From an uncultured candidate division WWE3 bacterium (GTDB lineage Bacteria; Patescibacteriota; WWE3; UBA101185; UBA10185), in contig CAIRNR010000007.1 of the NCBI GenBank assembly GCA_903879985.1, positions 465,519 to 529,518 on the forward strand: a DNA stretch of 64,000 nt. Reading direction: 5' to 3'. Of this stretch, positions 54,461 to 64,000 are shown one piece after another; the first letter of the stretch is position 1; the number at the start of each line of letters is the position of its first letter. Below the pieces are notes generated by a model. It worked only from the letters and a program-made list of their open reading frames with translations, made no database searches and had not been told where the DNA came from. The position numbers were made by a program, and so were the translations under genes.

Positions 54461-56764
54461 TTATTCAGTAAGAAATTCGGCATTAATGATTTTAAGCTTT
54501 TTTGTCCAATGATTTTGTGCGTTTATACAAATAACCTCTGTTTTGGTATCTTCTAAATTTTCATAAATATCTTCCGATTTATATGAAATTCGAAAAATCC
54601 CGTCACGGGAAATTGTAAATGGTTCTGAGTATTGTTGCCAATCTTCATTATTAATTTTATAAAATATATTCTTTATTTCGGTGTTTTCAGGATCGATAAC
54701 TGTAAGTGTGATTGTTGGCCAATTCGTGTACCAAACATCGTTTTTAGTTCCTAGCACTTCAATAGAAGTTTCCGGAGGATTTGAATCTATTCTATTTCCC
54801 GTTACGGCAAAATGTGAAAAATGATTTGTAAATGCAGTTATCGTGAGGCTAGTTGTATCAAAAATCGAATCCAACGAAATCCACTTTTGTTGTGCCTCGT
54901 CGAAGTAAATAATTTTCAAGCTCGCGCGTAGAATATTTTTTAGATCTTCTTCCGAAAGATTTATTGTAATTTTCACTTGATCCGTAAAAGTTCCGACTTT
55001 ATTTTTTAGATAATCAAAAGCTTGAATTACAAATGCTGTGTTAGAAATATATTTTAGTGTTGGTTCTATGGGAGGTATATCGTTTTTTAAAATTATCGTT
55101 AATGGGTTATCCACTTGATTCAACGTTACCTCTTTATTTTCCAATTTTACCTTTGTGTTTGGTTCAATCGTTTGTGTAATTCCCGTCATGGGAAATTTCC
55201 ATAAATATTGGCTATACGCCCCGTGATGAATTCCTGAGGTATCTGTCCAAATAAAGTTAGCCCAGGGATCTACATATTCTGTGCTTTGCCAACCATACGG
55301 ATCTATGCGTCCGTCAGGAAAGACTCCTTTCGAAACTTCAAAATGCAAATGTGGCCCCGACGTGTTACCGGTCATTCCAACTTTACCTATTGTATCGCCT
55401 TCTTCTACAATAACTGGTCCTGTTGAATTTGTGGCAATTAAACTGTTACCTTGCAAATGTTCATAAATTGTCTGTAGGCCGTTAAGATGTTGTATCTTTA
55501 TCGTGTTTCCACAGGCGTCACAATAATAGTATGATGCAGTTCCGGCTGCTGCCGCCTTTACTGGCGTTCCGTAGTCGAGATCATAATCGTATCCGCTGTG
55601 AGAACTGTAATAAATGTTTGGCGGCTTATCTTTTTCGCCTAAATAATTCACAACGCTTTGATTTTCGTTGGAAGGTTCAGCAAATAATGTGTACCCAAGT
55701 AGCGGGTATTTATGGTCGAATACAGAAGTTATTCTATCTAAAACCTCACTTTCATTGGTGTAACCCCAAGGAATGTTCAAAAATTGATTTGTATTTACCT
55801 GTTTTGGAATTTCTCGCCGATAAAGTCCTCCAGATCTTGTAGCTGCAAAAATATACGGTTTGCTTGAATAAACCCAGGCACTATCTACTACTGACGCAAA
55901 TGATGGAGCTTCTAGTCCTGTATCTGTCCATGTTTCTCCCAAGTCGTCACTTTCATAAACTGTGTTATATAAGTTGTCGGTATTTATTTTTGACGCAAAA
56001 ATTCTATTATCGAAAATAGTAATAGCCCCTGCAGTCGCTAGTCCAAAAGTTGATATCCAATTCCATGTAGCACCACTATCGTAGGAAATGTACATTTCGC
56101 TTGTATTGTTTGGCTCTGCAATGGCGTATTTATCATCAATATAGTAGAAATTAAAAAAACTTTCTGTTAATTCCTTAACCGGTGTCCATGTTGTACCGTG
56201 ATCAATGCTTTTATATGTTTGATTGTTTATGTCTGCCAGTGCCAAATTGTTTGAACTTACTATATTCTTTACGCTCCAGCATTCGGTTGTTTTTTGAGTC
56301 CAGTTTTGACCATTATCTTGGCTTATCCACAAACCTTGTAAATATGATCCCAGATAAATATTGTTCCCATCGCATGCCACTGTTAAAGCAGGTAGGTTTG
56401 GTCCTAGATGCTCCCAGGTGAGTCCTTTGTCACTAGAGCTAAACAAACCTGCTCCCTCACCCAAATCAAGAAAACTTGTTGCATATAGTTTCAGGTTACA
56501 TGATTTGATATCCGTGATTAGTCCGCCTTCAAGTCCGCTTTTTTGCCAAGTTACGCCAAAGTCTTTTGAAACAAAAATTCCGTTATAGGGTTGTTGCCAA
56601 AACATATAATTATTTTCTCCGGCATAAAGCCCAAAAATCGTGCTTTCGATTGTAGATATTTCCGTAGATGGGAAGTTTAACTTTTCCCACGCTTGTGCAT
56701 GGGCATATTTTGTAGCCATTACGATTAAGACTAAATATACAATCACTTTTTTAACCCCCGGCAT
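54461..56764 (-). CDS. Secreted BNR/Asp-box beta-propeller protein fused to an M23 (LytM-type) peptidase
   Basis: Signal peptide, then six S-x-D-x-G-x-T-W repeats (SKDFGVTW, SSDKGLTW, SQDNGQNW, SIDHGTTW, SYDSGATW, SDDLGETW). M23 motifs HSGYDYD and GPHLHFEV follow, then a C-terminal beta-rich region of about 250 aa. Confidence 0.8.
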   Translation of the reverse strand: MPGVKKVIVYLVLIVMATKYAHAQAWEKLNFPSTEISTIESTIFGLYAGENNYMFWQQPYNGIFVSKDFGVTWQKSGLEGGLITDIKSCNLKLYATSFLDLGEGAGLFSSSDKGLTWEHLGPNLPALTVACDGNNIYLGSYLQGLWISQDNGQNWTQKTTECWSVKNIVSSNNLALADINNQTYKSIDHGTTWTPVKELTESFFNFYYIDDKYAIAEPNNTSEMYISYDSGATWNWISTFGLATAGAITIFDNRIFASKINTDNLYNTVYESDDLGETWTDTGLEAPSFASVVDSAWVYSSKPYIFAATRSGGLYRREIPKQVNTNQFLNIPWGYTNESEVLDRITSVFDHKYPLLGYTLFAEPSNENQSVVNYLGEKDKPPNIYYSSHSGYDYDLDYGTPVKAAAAGTASYYYCDACGNTIKIQHLNGLQTIYEHLQGNSLIATNSTGPVIVEEGDTIGKVGMTGNTSGPHLHFEVSKGVFPDGRIDPYGWQSTEYVDPWANFIWTDTSGIHHGAYSQYLWKFPMTGITQTIEPNTKVKLENKEVTLNQVDNPLTIILKNDIPPIEPTLKYISNTAFVIQAFDYLKNKVGTFTDQVKITINLSEEDLKNILRASLKIIYFDEAQQKWISLDSIFDTTSLTITAFTNHFSHFAVTGNRIDSNPPETSIEVLGTKNDVWYTNWPTITLTVIDPENTEIKNIFYKINNEDWQQYSEPFTISRDGIFRISYKSEDIYENLEDTKTEVICINAQNHWTKKLKIINAEFLTE

Positions 56765-56802
56765 ATTTTTAAAATATACCGATTTGTGTTTGTTTAAAGA
56801 TA

Positions 56803-58176
56803 GTGACGTCTATTAATCATGGAGAAACGGCCATATGCTTACGGACGTTGTATAATGACCTCGTGTCTACTCTAATAGAACAACTACAACTCAGAAACCA
56901 AGACCTTTCAATTGCCGAGGTGTCCGGAATTCTATTTATATTAGTAAACCAAGCTACTACAACAAATAATGAACTAGTTCGCTTTACAGGGTTACCAAAA
57001 GAAACATTAAAGAAGTTTAAAAACACGTTAACTACCTTTTTAGATGATTCAAATGAAGATTTAGTGACATTTACTCAAGAAGGTCGCACGCAAATTGCTG
57101 CTGCTAAACCACAACCATATGCTTGGTCTCTTAAGGAATACTCAAATCCTGCACTAGAAGAAAAAATTGAGGCAATCCGTAAAGAGATGAACGCAACGGC
57201 CGAAAGAAGCTTTGACCAATTTTATGCAACTTCAAAGACTACGGTTTCCAAAGTCATGTTATTAAATGATAAAGGTCAAATTACAAACAAACGTATCGCT
57301 GTTTTAGGCGATGATGACCTAGTAAGTATTTGTCTGGGTCTTGCCGATGATACATATAACAGTATTACTGTGTTTGAAATTGACGTTAACTTAATCGAAA
57401 AACTTAAGCATATTGTTGAAAAGTATGATCTAAAGAACATTAAGTTTGAACAATATGATGTTAGAAAAGAATTAAAGAGCACTTTTGTGGGGACTTTTGA
57501 TGTGGTTATAACAGACCCTCCTTATACAAAGTCGGGAATAAAGCTGTTTTTAAATCGCGCTGTTGAATTGATTGATAAGAAAAGTACTGAGGGTGCAATA
57601 TTTTTATATTACGGAAATAGTTTTAAATCGCCTGAAAAGTGGATAAAAATTCAGGAAATAATAACTTCGTTTGGATTAGTCATCGAGGACAAGATTAACA
57701 AGTTTTCCAAATATTTTGGGGCGGAGTCAATTGGAAGTACCAGTTCTGTTTATGTTTTAAGACCTACAAAAGCAACAGCTTCTAAACCTGAAATTGCCTT
57801 ATCTACTCAAATTTATACTTTTGAAGATACAAAAGAAGAAAAGTTTCCATTCGTGGATCATGTTGTTGTTAAGGTTTTTAAGGTGTCTACCACAATATTA
57901 AATTCTAAGCGTGTATTGCTCTCAAAGCTCCAAGATCTTTGTACTAGCCACAAATTAAAGGTAGTTGATACCAAGATTACTTCGTTTAGCCCAAAGGGAT
58001 TGTCTATTACATATATTCTTTCAAATTCTAACCTTGTGATTCATACTTGGCCGGAGTTTAATGCTCTTCATATAGATTTAGTGACTTGTGCGCCTATTTA
58101 TAACAAGGAAGCTTTATCTAAAACCATTTCTGATTTATTCGGCACGAAATACATTGAAATCAGCTTCGTAGAATGA
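56803..58176 (+). CDS. Fusion: BpsA/DUF43-like aminopropyltransferase-like domain plus class-1b S-adenosylmethionine decarboxylase (SpeH) domain
   Basis: Middle region carries GDDDLVS and DPPYT motifs. The C-terminal 110 aa align to SpeH (ILSNSNLVIHTWPEFNALHIDLVTC versus [25 protein letters not shown]). Confidence 0.6.
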   Translation: MTSINHGETAICLRTLYNDLVSTLIEQLQLRNQDLSIAEVSGILFILVNQATTTNNELVRFTGLPKETLKKFKNTLTTFLDDSNEDLVTFTQEGRTQIAAAKPQPYAWSLKEYSNPALEEKIEAIRKEMNATAERSFDQFYATSKTTVSKVMLLNDKGQITNKRIAVLGDDDLVSICLGLADDTYNSITVFEIDVNLIEKLKHIVEKYDLKNIKFEQYDVRKELKSTFVGTFDVVITDPPYTKSGIKLFLNRAVELIDKKSTEGAIFLYYGNSFKSPEKWIKIQEIITSFGLVIEDKINKFSKYFGAESIGSTSSVYVLRPTKATASKPEIALSTQIYTFEDTKEEKFPFVDHVVVKVFKVSTTILNSKRVLLSKLQDLCTSHKLKVVDTKITSFSPKGLSITYILSNSNLVIHTWPEFNALHIDLVTCAPIYNKEALSKTISDLFGTKYIEISFVE

Positions 58177-58469
58177 TCCGGAAGTCTTGACTTTACCCAT
58201 TTATATTGATATTAATACAACACTAGTGTAATATCACTTGTCGTACGTTGATAACTAAATAGTTAAGAGCAAAAAAGCACAAATCTTTTTAAATCGCTTT
58301 AGCCGGCGATGTACAAAAGATACAATTTATTGCCACGTCCCAAGTGGTAGTAAATAAAATTGCCATAGCCAATATGGCGACTTTCAATTCGCAAGAATCG
58401 AAAGGCAAGAAGAATCGACCAAACCAAAACGTTTATACGCTATTGACGCATTAATAAACGTTTTTTTCT

Positions 58470-59906
<1,437 letters not shown>

Positions 59907-60310
59907 CTAAGGGAGAAAATCCGTATTTTTGATTGAAGGACCATTGATCTAGTACTTGCTATTAGGAAATGCCTTTGAAATATAAAGTACACTCAACATT
60001 GGATTAGCTCTAAAATGTTGTTTTAATTAGCTGTCGTCAAAACGCCTTTAGACAGCAGAGTAGGTTTTAAAGCGAGCCTAAACTTTTACAACCGGAAGAT
60101 CCTTCTTGCCTTTTGGCACTTGAAATTGAAATTTGTGTAATTAACTCTTAACTTGAATTTAGAAAAAAGCATCCTTAATTGGATGCTTTTTTTTTGAGCT
60201 TTAGCGAGAAAAACGTCAGCAGACATTTTGTGGCTATTATTGAAAACCAGCTGTTCTGGTGGTATAAACTTATTCTTGATACAAAAATCTATGTGAGGAG
60301 GAGAGCGATA

Positions 60311-60943
60311 ATGGAAAAAAACAATTTGCCTGTAGACGAAGCAGCTGGTTTGGTAACGAGAATAATAGAGCAGATAAAAGGAGCAAAGGGCGCGGCTTTC
60401 ACGTATGGAAATATCCGGAAATACCAGGCGCAAGCGGGTATTGGCCACACCGGCGCAAAATTCAATCGAACCGAATGGGAATGTGCGTGGCGGACAGTGT
60501 TGGATATGCCTGATATTAAAATCCTGTGCGGTAGCGGTCTTCACGCCAGTGTTTATTACTTACCTGGGGCTAAGGATGCTACCAAAAATGGTAAAAATGG
60601 CAAAATTATCCAACCGGCTGTTGATATGACTCCGGTTATCGAGGCTCAACCCCCAGCCGCTAAGCAAGAATCAGCGCCTACGGTTGCAGTTCCTGCACGT
60701 CGCCCATTGGTTGAAAAAAGGCAGCCCACGGTTAAAACCAAACGTGCGGTGGTAACAAAGAAAGATCATGTAATCCTGTCCGGCGTGCAAGTAACGTGGG
60801 AAGGCACCATTCCTCTGACGCTGTCGCTGGAAAAAGGACAAACAATCCAGGTGGAGCAGCACAATAGAGATGGGGAAAGTCTTGGCATGTTTACACTAAA
60901 TGGTCCATGCACGATTACTCTGAAAAAAGTTATCCGGGAATAA
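60311..60943 (+). CDS. Hypothetical protein, GC-rich (about 50%) gene lying between 16S and 23S
   Basis: 210 aa from the Met preceded by a GAGGAGG SD, with a terminator downstream. I recognise no family. Confidence 0.5.
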   Translation: MEKNNLPVDEAAGLVTRIIEQIKGAKGAAFTYGNIRKYQAQAGIGHTGAKFNRTEWECAWRTVLDMPDIKILCGSGLHASVYYLPGAKDATKNGKNGKIIQPAVDMTPVIEAQPPAAKQESAPTVAVPARRPLVEKRQPTVKTKRAVVTKKDHVILSGVQVTWEGTIPLTLSLEKGQTIQVEQHNRDGESLGMFTLNGPCTITLKKVIRE

Positions 60944-60969
60944 TTTAAAATCTGGTTAACAATCAATAG

Positions 60970-61008
60970 GCGGTCGCTTGTTTTAATAACATCCGGCCGC
61001 TTTTTTTT
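60970..61008 (+). terminator. Intrinsic terminator
   Basis: gcggtcg...cggccgc stem followed by tttttttt. Confidence 0.5.
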
Positions 61009-61021
61009 GTGTTTGGGTAAA

Positions 61022-61098
<77 letters not shown>

Positions 61099-61158
61099 TC
61101 ACCCGTGAATAGTACGTGCATGATAACATAAAACTAGGGTCGATGGTATACTGGTGGC

Positions 61159-61800
61159 ATGAAATCAGGCAAGCACTATGCTCTAAATTTCTTAATTGTT
61201 GCGTTATTATTAGTGGCTTTTTACTTGTGGTTTAACCAATCGTTAAAACAACAAACCCTAAAGAATTATTCCAAATACAAAATACAGGAAGCGTTGTTTA
61301 CCGCAGATTGCACGATTGCCGTAAAAATAAAGGATGAAACTTTGTCCCTAAAAACAGGTTATCAAGATCTTGGAATTTCATGTTTAGATCCAAAATTTAT
61401 CGTTAAAATTTCTCCTTCCGGGAAATATTTGGCTCATGTTGATATAGCAGGTAGTGCACCACAATTGCGTACATTTTTTACAGAGAAAACTAAATATCCT
61501 ACTTCCGATGTTTTCCTAACCTTTCCACCAGATACCGATTACGACTTTTCCTTACTGCCGGGCGATAAATTGGCTGTTTTGACTAGAGCTACAGCAACTA
61601 TTCCCGCTAAACTTACGGTTTACGATTTACCCTTAAGTTATAAAAATTATCCCAATGTGTTTAATACTCAAACAATTGTTCAAGAGCAGAATTTTCCTAA
61701 ATCAGCTAGCACCTACTGGTATGTTGAAACTGTCGACAAAACGAGTATAAGAATATTAGATAAAAACAAAGTCCCACTTGCCCAAATAAAACTAAACTAA
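61159..61800 (+). CDS. Signal-anchored hypothetical protein
   Basis: 213 aa with an N-terminal TM (ALNFLIVALLLVAFYLWF). Confidence 0.45.
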   Translation: MKSGKHYALNFLIVALLLVAFYLWFNQSLKQQTLKNYSKYKIQEALFTADCTIAVKIKDETLSLKTGYQDLGISCLDPKFIVKISPSGKYLAHVDIAGSAPQLRTFFTEKTKYPTSDVFLTFPPDTDYDFSLLPGDKLAVLTRATATIPAKLTVYDLPLSYKNYPNVFNTQTIVQEQNFPKSASTYWYVETVDKTSIRILDKNKVPLAQIKLN

Positions 61801-61801
61801 T

Positions 61802-62806
61802 ATGAATAAAAAAGTAAATCCTAGAATAGTTACTGTCGGTGGAGGTACCGGTACTTTTGTTGTTTTATCCGGACTCAAAGATTATCCCCTAAATTTGTCA
61901 TCTATTGTTACTATGATGGACTCTGGTGGGTCTACGGGTAGATTACGTGATCAGTTGGGTGTTTTACCGCCTGGTGACTTGCGACAAGCCTTGGTAGCGC
62001 TGTCAGATTCAAAAGAGATATGGCGCAAGCTTTTTACTTATCGTTTTGAGAGTGGTGACTTAAAAGGTCACAACTTTGGAAACATTTTTATTTCAGCTTT
62101 AGAAAAAATAACTGGTTCAACTGCAGAGGCTATTAATTTGGCAACCGAAATTCTGCAAACAAAAGGAAATGTTTATCCTGTGACACTTTCAAATTGCACA
62201 TTGTGTGCCGGCTATGCAGATGGTTCCGTGGTTGAAGGTGAATCTAACATTGAAGAAATAGTTAAAGAGGGAAATAAGATTACACGCATGTACTTAACTC
62301 CCTCCGCTGTAATGAATTTGGAGGCTAAAAAAGAGCTGGAAAACGCCGATTTCATCATATTTGGCCCTGGTGACCTGTACACAAGTATTATTCCAAATCT
62401 ACTGGTCGAAGGCATGCCAGAAGTTTTGGCTTATTCCAGGGCAAAAAAGATTTTTATATTAAATGTTATGACTCGGTATGGACAGACCGATGGTTTTAAA
62501 TCTACAGATTTTATTTTCGAACTGGAAAGATATTTAGGAGGTATTTCATTAGATTATATTTTCATTAACGAAACTCGCCCAAGTCAGGAGGTTTTAGACT
62601 GGTATAGAGAGGTAGATAAGGCTCATTTTGTAGAAGATACAACTTTTGGAGGCTATTTTGACAATAGAAAGATACTAAGAGGTGATTTTTTGTCCAAAAA
62701 TAGGGTCGTTCAAGCGGCAAACGATCATGTAAAAAGGAGCCTAATTCGGCATGATCCAGACAAGATAGCAGAGGCTATTTATAAGCTTGTTGACAGAGAA
62801 TTTTAA
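61802..62806 (+). CDS. YvcK/CofD-family (UPF0052, gluconeogenesis-factor-like) protein
   Basis: IVTVGGGTGTFVVLSGLK, MMDSGGSTGRLRD, LPPGDLRQALVAL. Confidence 0.8.
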   Translation: MNKKVNPRIVTVGGGTGTFVVLSGLKDYPLNLSSIVTMMDSGGSTGRLRDQLGVLPPGDLRQALVALSDSKEIWRKLFTYRFESGDLKGHNFGNIFISALEKITGSTAEAINLATEILQTKGNVYPVTLSNCTLCAGYADGSVVEGESNIEEIVKEGNKITRMYLTPSAVMNLEAKKELENADFIIFGPGDLYTSIIPNLLVEGMPEVLAYSRAKKIFILNVMTRYGQTDGFKSTDFIFELERYLGGISLDYIFINETRPSQEVLDWYREVDKAHFVEDTTFGGYFDNRKILRGDFLSKNRVVQAANDHVKRSLIRHDPDKIAEAIYKLVDREF

Positions 62807-62991
62807 TAATGGTACATATGTATTTACCTTTTAGGAATTCAACTTCCTCAGGACTTAGGTCCATTTCTTGGAGTCACAAAACTTCAAGGAAGCTCTGAAT
62901 ATCCAAGTCAAACGTGAAATATAAATAAGTTAGTAAATGCGCCTTGATGTATAAGCTTAGTGCTGATAGACTGTGTAAGCTTTATGCGTCG

Positions 62992-63068
62992 GGGCCGTTA
63001 GCTCAGTTGGCTAGAGCGCTACATTTGCAATGTAGAGGTCAGGAGTTCGATTCTCCTACGGTCCACCA
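62992..63068 (+). tRNA. tRNA-Ala (anticodon UGC), CCA encoded
   Basis: GGGCCGT-TA-GCTC-AGTTGGCTA-GAGC-G-CTACA-TTTGCAA-TGTAG-AGGTC-AGGAG-TTCGATT-CTCCT-ACGGTCC-A-CCA, including the G3:U70 Ala identity pair. Confidence 0.85.
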
Positions 63069-63404
63069 AAAAGGTTTCGATTTTTTGTTTTGAAAACGCA
63101 CTCGCAAAGCTCGCGAAGTTTTCTTCAACAAAAAATCTACGCCACTGTGTTAATGCAGGTTAGTGAAAAATGCTTTGTTTAAGATTCCGTACGGTGAGGT
63201 TTAAATACTTTGCCATACGAAACTTTAAACAAAGTTGCGATACATCGCAGCTCAAAGTTTCGACTACGTCGAAGCTTTGCCGCTCGCTATGCTCGCAGCA
63301 AAGTGGATCTTTGAAAACTGAACAGAAAGTATCCAACAATTGAAAAACTCACAAACTTGAGGATCATCTCCCAGCCTTGGCGAGATGGTCTGTAGGTTTT
63401 TTAG

Positions 63405-64000
<596 letters not shown>

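Overview
The window reads as a streamlined, low-GC (about 38-40%) bacterial chromosome segment with standard genetic code (TGA used as a stop). I infer a small-genome, monoderm, CPR/Patescibacteria-like organism from gene content. Housekeeping content is dense: the hrcA-grpE-dnaK heat-shock operon, lepA, murJ, rpsT, a gap-pgk-tpiA glycolytic operon, pcrA/uvrD, pyrG, rsmA, metG, nth, a non-oxidative pentose-phosphate/fba cluster with a split transketolase, rpiB, lgt, an ATP-dependent DNA ligase, recF, mutM, mnmA, and an rRNA locus (16S, tRNA-Ile on the opposite strand, tRNA-Ala, start of 23S). Accessory cell-envelope genes include a sortase, an LCP protein, FemAB paralogs, GT2/GT4 glycosyltransferases, a D,D-carboxypeptidase and a BNR-propeller plus M23 peptidase. 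I found no CRISPR array, no transposase or integrase, and no reverse transcriptase. The most unusual items are: (1) a truncated AOR-family (tungstopterin oxidoreductase) N-domain gene plus a small ferredoxin inside the gap-pgk-tpiA operon; (2) a four-gene, translationally coupled membrane/surface operon (PilN/PilO-like plus an A/T/P-rich protein with a sorting-signal-like tail) convergent with a sortase; (3) repeated palindromic promoter/operator modules shared by the rsmA and mnmA promoters; (4) frequent leaderless promoters; (5) an orphan GC-rich transcription unit of about 310 nt with a textbook promoter and terminator; (6) several unusual domain fusions (NTase-FEN, Rpe-LOG, BpsA-like-SpeH); (7) a degenerate Fic protein; and (8) a 16S-23S spacer of 3.5 kb carrying three protein-coding genes. 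All calls come from reading the sequence and the ORF translations; no database search was run.
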